From: Octopus bimaculoides
Taxonomy: Eukaryota
Assembly (NCBI RefSeq): GCF_001194135.2
Contig: NC_068988.1
Coordinates: forward strand, 5,883,144-5,927,107
Direction: 5' to 3'
Length of the DNA stretch: 43,964 nt
Position numbers and translations under genes: made by a program. The notes under the pieces were generated by a model. That model was not told the DNA's origin. It did not search any database and saw only the letters and a program-made list of their open reading frames with translations. Positions 12,420 through 24,119 of the stretch are shown here, piece by piece (within the stretch, counting starts at the first letter, position 1; each line of letters opens with the position of its first letter).

Positions 12420-13469
12420 GTTATATATACGTATGTTTTTATGTGCTTATGTATGTATGAATACACGTGAATATTTATGTGTGTTTGTGCGTGTGCGCGC
12501 GCGCACATATATACATCTCGGAGATATAGTTACATGGTAAGTGCTTTGATGTGAAATTGTGTGCTGAAACTAAAATAATTGCGGCGTGGAAGACACGCAC
12601 GAGCCGTTCAAAGACATAGAATGACGCAAAACTTCATTTAAAACGTTTGTTATTCGGTGTTAATGATTTGGTGCGACGAAAATTTGACACCAAATAATGA
12701 ATGCCTAAATAAAGTTTTGTATGTTTTTGAATGGCTAATGTAAGTTTTCCAAGCTGTAATTGAGTCAAACACCACGCGCGTGTGCACACACACAGACATT
12801 TGTATATATGTATATGCATGTGTGTTGAGAAATACAAGTGTACAGATTTTTTTCCCATGAAATTAATATGAAATATTTCAAGTGGAAGTAAATAATAGCA
12901 ATAAAACAAATTATTTTTGGTTTTGTATATGAAGAAGATACGGTGAGTGAAAGAAAATTTTAGTTAAAATAATGATAATTTATAATGATTTTACGTAATG
13001 AGCGAAGATACTGTAGAATTTATATCTACAAGCAAAGATTACGAAAGAAAATCGATTAGGAAAAGAGCTATCATTTTGGCACAGTGTAATGAGCGACTTC
13101 AAGTAACATAATTTAGAGGCACGATGATGTGCATTGTAGGAGGTTCCACCGCAAATTATCGACTAGGACAAGCTATAAGATGTACTCTGGGTCTTGAAGC
13201 GGTGTATGACGGTAGCAAAGTAAGTAGATTGTTTAGATGTGCTATTTGAGAAAGGTAGTGTCGCTTGAAGTCTTGTTCTATAGCAAGGGTTCTCAAATAG
13301 GGTCCATGTGACCCCTGGGGATTCATATAAGATTTTAATAATCGTCTTTGTAATTTGCTACTCCTCCCCTCCAAACTTTTAATCCTTGTATCTTTAGAAG
13401 AAAGAATTATCATTATTGTTGTTGTTGTTGTTGCTGTTGTTGTTGTTGTTATTATTATTATTGTTGTTG

Positions 13470-13507
<38 letters not shown>

Positions 13508-13508
13508 G

Positions 13509-14012
13509 TTCAGTAGTTTTATTTTTATAGCGCGCTTTCACTTCACTACCGAGCGCAGCTCTGTGTGCCTTGGGTGTGTGCTGTGGTTTGCTGTGATGCT
13601 CTTATGGTTACTGTATTNNNNNNNNNNATGATAGGAATTGTTTCTGTTTTTAGATTCCACATTCGAGTTACCTCTATTTCCAGGTCTTTGTATTTTGAAA
13701 GTTTCTCCATTTCTTTTAGAGAAACGTTGTCATCTGCTGGTATTGATACATCAATTAGAAAGCATTTTATTTCTTCATGATCTCTGACAACTATATCTGG
13801 TCTATTTGCCTTAATTTCTCTATCTGTGTGTATTGGCATATCCCAGAGTATGGTTGCTTTCTCGTTTTCTGTGACCTTTTTTGGCTTGTGCCTATACCAT
13901 ATTTTTTCTGTTGTTATTCTATAGTGTTGGCATAACTTCCAGTGTATGTAGGTCCCCGCTCTGTCGTGTCTGTGAATATATTCCTTCTTACCCAGGACTG
14001 GGCTGCCAGGTA
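13509..14012 (-). mobile_element. 5'-truncated R4/Dong-like non-LTR retrotransposon (RLE domain plus 3'UTR), family D1
   Basis: Minus frame reads GSPVLGKKEYIHRHDRAGTYIHWKLCQHY...WYRHKP...ILWDMPIHTDREIKANRPDIVV...LIDVSIPADDN...EKLSKYKDLEIE (PD..D/E..K RLE motif); the 3'UTR ends in (AAT)n. Confidence 0.9.
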
Positions 14013-14078
14013 TTATTANNNNNNNNNNTCTGTCGTGTCTGTGAATATATTCCTTCTTACCCAGGACTGGGCTGCCAG

Positions 14079-14133
<55 letters not shown>

Positions 14134-14147
14134 TATTATTATTATTA

Positions 14148-14414
14148 TTGCACAGCTTCTAACGCTGGGGATGTACTACGGTGTTAGTTGTTCCCTACCA
14201 GTGAACTAAGGTAACACCTCTTATTTTCCGAGCACCTTCCGGAGTGTTCGAGCGGTTCCAAGCAGTGTTGTTTTCTGCAAGTGCTCGACCCTTATTGCAG
14301 CCCCTTATTTGCCCCATGTACTTCTCAAGACTTTTACTCACTGTTCTCAGGGCTCCGACAATTATTGCTACTACTACCACCTTTTTCATCGACCACAACT
14401 GCTTAACCTCCCAT
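14148..14414 (-). mobile_element. 3' end of a second R4/Dong-like family (D2)
   Basis: WEVKQLWSMKKVVVVAIIVGALRTVSKSLEKY, then after a frameshift EHLQKTTLLGTARTLRKVL*; (AAT)n tail. Confidence 0.85.
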
Positions 14415-14661
14415 ATTATTATTATTCCCTATCTCTCAGAAAAGATGTTTTTTAACCATTTTCTTTCCTATTATATGTAAAGACTGAATCTGTTCGATAG
14501 CTTTTACTTTTTTAAAATTTATTTACTCTTATCGGAAAATGCGAACATTGTGTCTTGCAATTGTTTCCCATTTTATGCTCCTCGTCTTTCGGTTCAACCA
14601 ATCTATTGATGTTTGACATTTCAACGGAAAATATTTTGTGTTCATGCCAGATTTTAAGTAA

Positions 14662-14977
14662 AAGTGGTGTGAGTGAATGCGTGCACATGTGAGTGAGAGA
14701 GTGAGTGAGTCAGTGAGTGAGTGAAGGAGGGAGAGAGAGGGAGTGAGTGAAGGGGAGTGAGTGAGGGGGAGAGAGGAAGTGAAGAGAAGAGAAGGAGGGT
14801 GTGAGTGAATGAGTGAAGGAGGGACAGAAGGAGAGAGGGATGGACGAAAGAAGTGAGTGAAGGGGAGAGAGGGTGGGAGTGAGTGAATGAGTGAGTGAGT
14901 AGGTTGTTGAAGGAGGGTGCGAATGAGTGAAAAGGTGAGAGGTTGAGTGAGTAGTGATTGAGTGCGCGTGAATGAGT

Positions 14978-15011
<34 letters not shown>

Positions 15012-15030
15012 ATGAAAGTGAGTAACAGAG
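14662..15030. repeat. Purine-rich (GAGT/GAGG)n degenerate satellite
   Basis: Direct reading: gtgagtgaatgagtgaaggaggg variants. Confidence 0.8.
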
Positions 15031-16418
15031 CGGGTATGCTTTTTTGTGTGTGTATTATACGCATGCTCTGCCTGTGCGCATGTGTATTTCAAAATGCTAA
15101 TTCATGAAGCGGTAAACAAGACCGAATTACATTATACCCATACAGTTATACCCAGCGATATGCTGAACTGCTTCAATATGATACTTGGTTTCCAGTTACC
15201 GAACAAGGCGTGGGTCTAAGGGCTCGTAGGACCAATTATCCTCAACACATCATTACACATAAAGCACTTTATTGAGTGAAACCCTAAAATATTTTGCAGT
15301 GGATTTAATTTCAGGACGCAAGTAGTATGCGTTTCACCTCCAAATGCCTCTGTGCATTCTAATTACCAAATGGCTTTTGCATTTGTACAGATTCCATCGG
15401 CCAATTCTGCATCCATCTCCCCCCCTCTCTCTCTCCGTATGTGTGTATGTGTGTCTGTGTGTGTATTTGTATACGACGAAAACAAACTAAAGAATATACA
15501 CACATTCAAATAAACACTTTGTTGCGGCCATCTTCTAGCGTTAAGTTCTGCGATATTTAATAATGGATTAAATTATGGTAAGAGAGCTATGTTGTTTTAG
15601 ATTTAGTTCACCTCAGAAATCTCCTCCTACTGCCCAGAATTAAATCGACTATAAAATATGTTATAATTTCACATAGAAACAATGTTTCTCTATTCTCACT
15701 GACTCAGGTGAGGTAGGCAGTGCTAATGACTTCAGGAAACACCCCAAGGTATGTGAGCTTGGTGCTATCAATGTTCTGTTTAAATTGTTGTGGAGCAACA
15801 TCTGCTGGATAGACATAAGCAGGAGGGACTATACTCTGGGAAGGAAAGCTAAGACGTAGTGCTTAGTGCGCGGTCGAGGGGAGTATAGGACGAAAGAAAG
15901 ATGACGAGAGCCGTAGAATAGAGTGACTCGTCGGTGTCAAAGTAATGGAGGTACGAGACCAGCCAGCTCCCAGAAGTAGAGGTCATTATAGAAGAATCAG
16001 AAGAAAGCATAAGTACACCTGTGGGCCTGTGGGCCTGTGAGGCTGAGCCTATTGAGATCAAACTAATGATTCGATTAAATAGAGTTGGTAATGTTATCTA
16101 GAAAGGAAAGACGTGATCGTAGCACATGTATTGATAAAATATCTTTGATGTAACTTTTTTTATTTTTACTAGATTTTTTTTTCAATAATTCGAATTCACA
16201 TTTAACCATTCTAAACAAAAGAAAAAATGTTTGAATTTATATAGTTATCGAGTTTAAGGCGGCGAGCTGGCGGAAGCGTACACACGCCGGGAAATCTCAG
16301 CGGTTTTGTGACCATCCTTCACGTCCTGAGTTCAAAATCAGTCGAGGTCAACTTTGCTTCTCATACTTTCGGGGTATTATATACAATGGACAGATAGGTG
16401 TCCTCATCTTGTTTATTA

Positions 16419-16462
16419 TTACGACGTTTCGGCTGATGTACTTTCCAGCTTTCATCAGGTGT
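16419..16462 (-). ncRNA. Minimal hammerhead-ribozyme motif (PLE type), minus copy
   Basis: acacCTGATGAaagctggaaagtacatcagccGAAACGTCgt: core intact, GUC triplet, first stem II pair mismatched, stem I only 2 bp. Confidence 0.65.
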
Positions 16463-16503
16463 TCTGATGAAGGCTGGAGAGTACATCAGCCGAAACGTTG
16501 TGA
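16460..16503 (+). ncRNA. Minimal hammerhead-ribozyme motif (PLE type), plus copy
   Basis: CTGATGA (16464-16470), a, stem II ggctg/cagcc, GAAAC (16492-16496), GTT; palindromic ACGT stem III typical of dimer-cleaving PLE hammerheads; stem I truncated. Confidence 0.7.
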
Positions 16504-16790
16504 TAACAACAAACAAGATGAGGACAAATATCCGTCGATTGTAAATAATTTACAAAATTCCTCATCTCAAAAATATAGTATAATATCCTTTCGGGGTTGA
16601 TAAAAAAAAGTATCAGTTGACCCCTGGAGGTGATATAATTGACTTAAGCCCTTCCTCGAAATTTCTGGCCTTGTGCAAAAATTTTAAAGCAGTATATTCT
16701 TCGAGTTCATGTAACTAAAAACGTGCTTGATGGAATGTTCCAGAAGTTCTGAAATCGTATTTGAGAATATGAAAAAAATGATGCATATTC

Positions 16791-17161
16791 AAACAAGAGC
16801 ACTCAGAGATCGCAAATCTCCGCCAAGGCACACCAACGTCCTTTCAACGATTAGCCAGAGACGATTTTTAAAGTGAGAATATCTTAAATAAACTCGACTG
16901 CTCTTCACAAACGAGAATATTAAAAATGAACCCGATCGCTCACAAAAATTAAGTAAAAAAAATAAAATAACAGGTAAAATAACCCAGTATCCTTGTCCGG
17001 TACCGGATCGATCCCAGAATCTAATCAGTTCCTGCCTCTCACGAGACCAACCATCTCTGAAATTCTCATTCGAATCCATCCAGTGGTTTTTGAGATATCT
17101 TGTCCACGGACAAGTAAACAAACAGGACTGAAAACAATACCTCCGCCTTAGAGAAGGCAAT
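16791..17161 (+). mobile_element. Helentron-associated non-autonomous element (HINE/DINE-1-like)
   Basis: Starts aacaagag; subterminal ctccgccaagg (16818-16828); internal gatcccagaatctaatcagttc...aaattctcattcgaatccatccag; 3' cctccgccttagagaaggc hairpin. Confidence 0.65.
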
Positions 17162-17488
17162 TCGTTCAAAGCAGGGCACGCCCAACAAAATAAACGCGTT
17201 AATGGAATTAAATACGTATCAAACCCAATTGTGATTTCAAAATGCATTCGATAGCAAACTTTGCACTGCAGTAAACCGAAAGACAGAGAAAACCATCCCC
17301 GGACAGAAAAGATTGATTTTTCTGGTGAAAAACGCATTTAATTTGCAGTATGCACTAAATTTAATCAATATAATCTTGTTTCCCACGAAAATTTCTTTCT
17401 GTACCAGAGAATTTCAGTAATATATGCTTTCTTTTTTTTTTTCGGTCCAACATCTGTGTTTTGTGTGTAAAATTCATCGTGTGAAAAC

Positions 17489-17714
17489 GTGGCACTCCGT
17501 CTGTTACGACGACGAGGGTCGCAGATAATCCGATCAACGGAACAGCCTGCTCGTGAAATTAACGTGCAAGTGATTCTCGGGGAGATTCGGCGTGACACAG
17601 AGTGTGAGAAGGCTGGTCCTTTGAAATACAGGTACAACAGAAACAGGAAGAGTGAAAGAAAGAGTACAGCAGGGTTCTCCACCAGCCCCTGCCAGAGCAT
17701 CGTGGAGCTTTAGG
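17489..17714 (-). mobile_element. SINE S1 (head missing)
   Basis: Reverse complement of 3175-3443. Confidence 0.85.
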
Positions 17715-17715
17715 T

Positions 17716-18280
17716 CCTGTGGGATTTTATGATTCAGTGTGACCATGAGATAGAGAATAGGAAGCCAGACATAGTCTTAATTGAGAAAGAAAACAAACTA
17801 TGCTGGATCATAGATATAGCATGCCCAGCTGACAAAGTAGGCGATAAAAAAGAAAGAAAAGTCGAGAGATATGACAGGTTAGCTTGGGAGGTTAAGCAGT
17901 TGTGATCGATGAAAAAGGTGGTAGCTGTACCAATAATTGTCGGAGCCCTGAGAACAGTGAGNNNNNNNNNNNNNNNNNNNNNNNNNNNNNNNNNNNNNNN
18001 NNNNNNNNNNNNNNNNNNNNNNNNNNNNNNNNNNNNNNNNNNNNNNNNNNNNNNNNNNNNNNNNNNNNNNNNNNNNNNNNNNNNNNNNNNNNNNNNNNNN
18101 NNNNNNNNNNNNNNNNNNNNNNNNNNNNNNNNNNNNNNNNNNNNNNNNNNNNNNNNNNNNNNNNNNNNNNNNNNNNNNNNNNNNNNNNNNNNNNNNNNNN
18201 NNNNNNNNNNNNNNNNNNNNNNNNNNNNNNNNNNNNNNNNTTAGAAGCTGTGCAAAGGCAATGATAACAATAACAACGAA
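17716..18280 (+). mobile_element. R4/Dong-like family D2 RLE fragment spanning a gap
   Basis: LWDFMIQCDHEIENRKPDIVLIEKENKLCWIIDIACPAD...WEVKQL*SMKKVVAVPIIVGALRTV; after the gap ttagaagctgtgcaa matches the end of 14148-14414. Confidence 0.85.
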
Positions 18281-18321
18281 AATGCCCCAACATCTGATGT
18301 GAAGAGAACAGGACCAGTAAT

Positions 18322-18767
18322 CTCTTATTCTCTTACCTGTTGTACTTGTTTCAGTCATTTGACTGCGGCCATGCTTGAGCACCGCCTTAAAGGGTTTTTG
18401 TCGAACAAATCGATTCCCGAACTTATTCTTTGTAAGCATAGCACTTATTCTATTGGTCTATTTTTGCCGAACTGCTATGTTACGGGGACGTAAGAACACC
18501 AACATCAATTGTCAAGTGGTGATTGAAGGACAAACATAGACACAAAGACACACACATACACACACATATAGATGTATAGAGAGATAGATAGATAACATAT
18601 ATAACATATATAACGCAGGTTTCTTTCAGTTTCCGTCTACCAAATGCACTCAGAAGACTTTGATCAACCAGAGGCTGTAGTAGAAGGCACTTGCCGATGG
18701 TTCCACGAAGTGGGACTGAACCCGGAGCCATGTGGTTGGAGACCAAGCTTCTTACCACACAGCCACT
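18322..18767 (-). mobile_element. Composite SINE: S3 tRNA head, microsatellite, S5 tail
   Basis: S3 at 18610-18767, CA/TA tract at 18540-18610, S5 at 18322-18545, all collinear. Confidence 0.8.
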
Positions 18768-19662
18768 TCATATGCATTAATGAAACTACAAGAAAGTACA
18801 GACGCCGTGGACAGTAAAGCACATCACAAATAAACACCTACTTTAATTAACGTTTACAAACTTATCGACATTTGCGACTTTTCCTGGAGATGGTACGAAG
18901 CTCAAGACGGAGTAAACGCCGTCAATTTGAGTTAATTGCACCAAATGATGTCACACATAATAAAAAACAAAGGAAGAAAATTCCCTGAAGCAAGAGCAGC
19001 CGAATATTTTCATCCTAAATTAGTGACCAACCACTAAGACATCGAATTTCTTTATTTACGCTTTGTATGAGCGCAACGTATTCAACGAACTCCGCGAACT
19101 TCCTGTGCACTCGCGCAAATATATTTTGTTATAATTACACCATGCTTTGTTGAACATTCTACAAGGTATTTTCGTTAATTGAACGACAGTTAACGTGATT
19201 TTATTTGCAAAATAACATGAATGTTAAGCAATTAGCGGTGTAGTATATATTTTATCAATTCAATAACAAAGGAAAAAGGAGCCTGTAAACTTCCATTAGT
19301 ACATAATTATGTTCTGCATGGCTTCCGCTATTTACAATAGGATTAATAATCCGTACAAAATGGTCCCCAAACGTCACGTTCGAATAATCAAAGTCTAAAT
19401 TTATATAAGCCAACAAAAGTGTTTTGTAAAGTCGATAGAAATAACAGCCAAATTACCCTCGAATCGCATCCTACTGCTTTATATAGATAGGTAACCATGA
19501 CACACATAACGGCTCCATGTTAGGTAAACCAGCTAAAATCCCTACCTTAATGTCCATTAAACATGGTAAAAGCATGTATGTATATCTATACACACACACA
19601 CACACAGACACACACACACACACACATATATATACATATACACACACACACATACACACACA

Positions 19663-19705
19663 GAGTAATCCCTCGCCATATTGCGGTTCACCTATCGCGG
19701 TTTAC
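19663..19705. mobile_element. Single end of a pogo/Tigger-like DNA transposon
   Basis: gagtaatccctcgccatattgcggttcacctatcgcgg resembles CAGTARTCCCTCGNTATNCGCGG-type termini; no partner end found. Confidence 0.4.
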
Positions 19706-19723
19706 TATATAAGCTTACGTGCT

Positions 19724-19968
19724 TAAGTGGCTTAGTGCTTAGAGTAATCGGCCCACGATTGTAAGGTCGTAAGTTCGATTCCAGGCGACGCGTTGTATCT
19801 TTGAGCAAGACAATTTATTTCACGTTGTTCCAGTCCACTCAGCTGGCAAAAAATGAGTTGCACCTGTAATACAAAGGGCCGGCCGTATCACATTCTGTGC
19901 CATGCTGAATCTCGCTGAGAACTAAGTTAGGAGCACGTTAACATCACGAGAAGGCTGTTCCGTTGAAA
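19724..19968 (+). mobile_element. tRNA-derived SINE, V-like centre plus internally deleted S1-type tail
   Basis: gtggcttagtgcttag...aagttcgattccagg...gttccagtccactcagctggcaaaa...aaagggccggcc. Confidence 0.8.
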
Positions 19969-20344
19969 TATATCTCACACTTTGCACTTAATTGTTCTTT
20001 CTGTTTAAACAAATTCAACTCACACGTAGTTTCACATTATGCCACTTGCCGAGCAAATACAATCCTGAAACACAATTATCTGCATAAAACAATTCAGTGA
20101 AGCGAAGTAGATATTTGAAGAAATGCAACTCTCTGCATTATGTCGGCGTATATTTCTTGGGCGAAAGCTCATACTGAATCACCCATAAGAACTTAGCATG
20201 AAGCCTATTGTATACACTATGTAAATGTTATTAGTTTTTTCACTTCATTTGTGACTGTTCAATTGCTTTTTACATGACCAAGGTATTTCAATAAGATCTA
20301 ATGGCTTTGACTAAATACATATATCTTCTGTTACTTATACGCTT

Positions 20345-20512
20345 TGTGGCTGTGTGGTAAGTAGCTTGCTTATCAACCGCATGGTTCCGAGTTCGGTCCC
20401 ACTGCGTGGCACCTTGGGTAGGTGTCTTCTACTATAGCCTCGGGTCGACCAAAGACTTGTGAGTGGATTTGGTAGACGGAAACTGAAAGAAACTCGTCGT
20501 ATGTGTGTGTGC
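20345..20512 (+). mobile_element. tRNA-derived SINE head module S3
   Basis: gtggctgtgtggtaagtagcttgc...ggttccgagttcggtcccactgcgtggcaccttgggtagg...gacggaaactgaaagaa; copies at 18610, 28970, 29898 and 39620. Confidence 0.85.
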
Positions 20513-20579
20513 GTAGATAGATAAGTTTCTTTATTAGCCACACAGGACCGAACACAGAGGGGACAAAATACAATGCAGA

Positions 20580-21300
20580 GTTTTCTTTTTGAAAGAAAAA
20601 AAAGAAAATAGAAAATAGGGAGGAGAAAGTAAATTTCCGATCAAAAGGGATCGTGTAAAAAGAAAAGCGTTCAAAAGGGATCGTGTTTCACAGAAACGAT
20701 CAAAAATGTAAAAACAGATTAGGTTTATCCATGGNNNNNNNNNNNNNNNNNNNNNNNNNNNNNNNNNNNNNNNNNNNNNNNNNNNNNNNNNNNNNNNNNN
20801 NNNNNNNNNNNNNNNNNNNNNNNNNNNNNNNNNNNNNNNNNNNNNNNNNNNNNNNNNNNNNNNNNNNNNNNNNNNNNNNNNNNNNNNNNNNNNNNNNNNN
20901 NNNNNNNNNNNNNNNNNNNNNNNNNNNNNNNNNNNNNNNNNNNNNNNNNNNNNNNNNNNNNNNNNNNNNNNNNNNNNNNNNNNNNNNNNNNNNNNNNNNN
21001 NNNNNNNNNNNNNNNNATTGAATCGTTCATGAGTCAAAACTTGCCTGTCTATTCGAATCTTCCGTTTCAAGTGGTACTTTAAAAAGTTGATGAGTGATTG
21101 GCCACAGAGGAAAGTGTTTGTCTCTAAATTTTTCGCTCGAGTCTGCCACACATTCTTTCACCATGGCCACCAGTATGATGAAAACTGCCTTACCTTCCCG
21201 GCTAAGAGAAGGTGGCGGAATAATTTTCACGACAGACTGGGCTGACAATCAAATTCGTCCCACACGTGACAGCAGCTGTTCAGCATAAGCCCACAGGTCC
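20580..21300 (-). mobile_element. Tx1/L1-like LINE ORF2 C-terminus plus probable 3'UTR
   Basis: LWAYAEQLLSRVGR..SAQSVVKIIPPPSLSREGKAVFIILVAMVKECV, frameshift, WQTRAKNLETNTFLCGQSLINFLKYHLKRKIRIDRQVL; family assignment from recall. Confidence 0.55.
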
Positions 21301-21360
21301 AAAATAATTGTACACTGCACGCATCTCGGGTAAGACGGTCTTAAGATAATTGTTACGCCA

Positions 21361-21577
21361 ATAATCCTTTCTACCACAGGCGCAAGGCCTGAAATTTTGG
21401 GGAATGAGCAAGTCAATTACATCGACCGCAGTGCATAACTGGTACTTAATTTATCGACTCCGAAAAGATGAAAGGTAAAGTCAACCTCGGCGGAATTGAA
21501 CTCAGAACGTAACGGCAGACGTAATGCCGCTAAGCGTTTCGCCCGGCGGGCTAACCACTCTGCCAGCTCGCTGCCTT
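21361..21577 (-). mobile_element. SINE S4, near full length
   Basis: Reverse complement of ggcagcgagctggcagagtggttagc...ctgagttcaattccgccgaggttgactttacctttcatctttcggagtcgataaattaagtaccag. Confidence 0.85.
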
Positions 21578-21720
21578 CGTTAGGCCAATAATAATAACAT
21601 ACGAAGTCGTCCGATACAACTTGTTAATTGTTTGTCAATTGTTTAGATATCTATCAAATCAATTAATAAATCAATGTTTTTTTTTTCTTGTGCTAGTTAA
21701 GCAATCAAGCGATTGTTTGT

Positions 21721-22090
<370 letters not shown>

Positions 22091-22204
22091 GCTACTTACC
22101 ACACAGTCACCCCTGCGTTAGTCGAAGTTCTCTCACCGCCGTTTGCGACCTATCCAGTGACTTAGTGACTTTCCCTATCGTTCCAAGGTCTGCTCTGAGT
22201 CCGT

Positions 22205-22324
22205 CTAAAAAACTGGTCTTCTGTCTGTGTGTATGCATGCTTGTGTATGAGTGTGTAGACGTGTGTTTGCTTCGATGAGAAGGTAAGGGTGAAAGTAAAA
22301 GGAGAGTTTGAGCATGCGCGTTCT

Positions 22325-22363
<39 letters not shown>

Positions 22364-23020
22364 GTCACTGTGTGGTCTAGTGTGTGTATTCGTGGGGCTG
22401 AGTCGATTCTGTGAATAATATGTTCGTATGTGTAGGTGTATGTGTGTGTAGGTGTATGTGTGTGTGTGTGAATGTGTGACTGCTTCCTTATTCAGTGCAT
22501 TCAAGCATGTGTGCGTATGTGTGTGTCTGCGTGTGTGTGTGGGTGTGTGTGTGTGTGTGTGTGCGTATCTGCTTGTGCGTGTTGTGTGGCATCTTTTAAA
22601 ATTGATAATCCACTGTCAGTACGCTTGCACTTACGCGTTCGTGTGTGTGTGTGTGTGTCCCTGCTCACGTGTGTGTGTGTGTGTGCGCGTTCGTGCACGT
22701 GTGTGTGTATGTATATGTGCGTGTTTGTGTGCGCGCTTTTATACGCACGTATGCCTATGCAGGTATGCGTGTGTGTGTATGTGTGTGTGTGTCTTTGTAC
22801 CTTTGTGTATGTGGATGTGTGTATACCTGTGTGTTCTTGTGATCCTGTGCGTGTGTATGAGTGTATTTGCACTTGCATGTATGCACGCGTGTCTCTGTGT
22901 ATGTGTGCGTTTGTGTATGCCTGTGCATGTCTTTGTCTGCGTGTGTATGTATACGTGGTGTGTGTTTGTGTGTCTGTACATGGATGTGTATGACTGTGTA
23001 TGGGAACATTCCATGGCTAT
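22205..23020. repeat. Degenerate (TG/TATG/CGTG)n microsatellite field
   Basis: Direct reading; source of the Cys/Val-rich pseudo-ORFs. Confidence 0.9.
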
Positions 23021-23330
23021 ACGTATTTATTTCCAAGAATTCCTTTGTATAATTTTGTCATTTTTCCCTTCGTTATCTTTACCTGTCTATGCCTAAATGC
23101 GTGCACATACGTGCGCGTGCCTGGAAGTGAATTGATGTGTATTGGAATCATTTTGGTGTAACGACTCTTCCAAGACACAACAAAACTTGCTCCAAGACAC
23201 GAATGCACATCTAGAATTTTGTAATCCAAATATAAAAACGATGTATATACGTACACACACATTCACACATACACACACAAACACAAACACATATACACAC
23301 ACATATAACTATGTATTATGTGTGTATGTA

Positions 23331-23386
<56 letters not shown>

Positions 23387-23938
23387 CAAACACATATAAA
23401 TGCATACAGACAGACAGACATACATGCATATATGTATGAAGATATATTTGAAAAATGAGCAGAGATGACTGGGTATTGGTGGGGGTGGGAGGATAACGGA
23501 ACCGTTTCCGAAATGGAAAAATGTATGATTTACTGGTTGCTTAAATAGAAAAAGTTTCTTTTTGTAAAAAGTATACATTAAAACAAATATACACAAAAAG
23601 GGGAAAAATATAAAAACAAAACAATATATAATACAAAAACATGCGTGAAGAAGAAGAAGAAGAAGAAGAAGAAGAAGAAGAAGAAGAAAGTAAATGAATA
23701 ATAAAAAATAAAAATAAATATATAAAAAAAAATAAAAATAACATTAAAGATAGGACTAATAGTAATTGAGAACAAAGTGGGAAGGAGAGCTAAGTCCATC
23801 AAGAATTAAAAAAATGAAATATTTTGGAGTGGTCAATATTGCTGTGTTCTTGTTAAAAAAATTACCTGTGTGGTATTTATTGATTTTAGGTCACTTATTC
23901 AGTTCTCACGGGTGGTATGGTGTACATATATACACACA

Positions 23939-23980
<42 letters not shown>

Positions 23981-24119
23981 NNNNNNNNNNTACACATACA
24001 CACATATATATATATAATACATATAAGAGTATATGCTCATATGTAGTTCTTATTATTGAGGCAGTGTTTGGTTGGTGTCTTTCTGTAGATTGTTGGAATG
24101 GTGGTTCCGGTGCTTTTGG

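Larger units (their letters stand above)
16257..16690 (+). mobile_element. tRNA-derived SINE S4 (Meta-domain-like centre) split by an insertion
   Basis: 5' half 16257-16375 (ggcggcgagctggcgg...ctgagttcaaaatc...ctttcggggt); 3' half resumes at 16588 (ctttcggggttgataaaa...ggccttgtgc); compare uninterrupted copies at 26558 and 35665. Confidence 0.8.

Noticed and set aside
13156-13413. 85-aa ORF next to the LINE
   Set aside because: No recognisable motif; it overlaps a hAT-MITE-like end (caagggttctcaaa, about 13283) whose partner end I could not find
14003-14012. tacctggcag match to the U1 snRNA 5' end (minus strand)
   Set aside because: Only 10 nt, and explained by the LINE reading frame
13969-14082. 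Direct repeat tctgtcgtgtctgtgaatatattcc...
   Set aside because: Same 10-N overlap artefact
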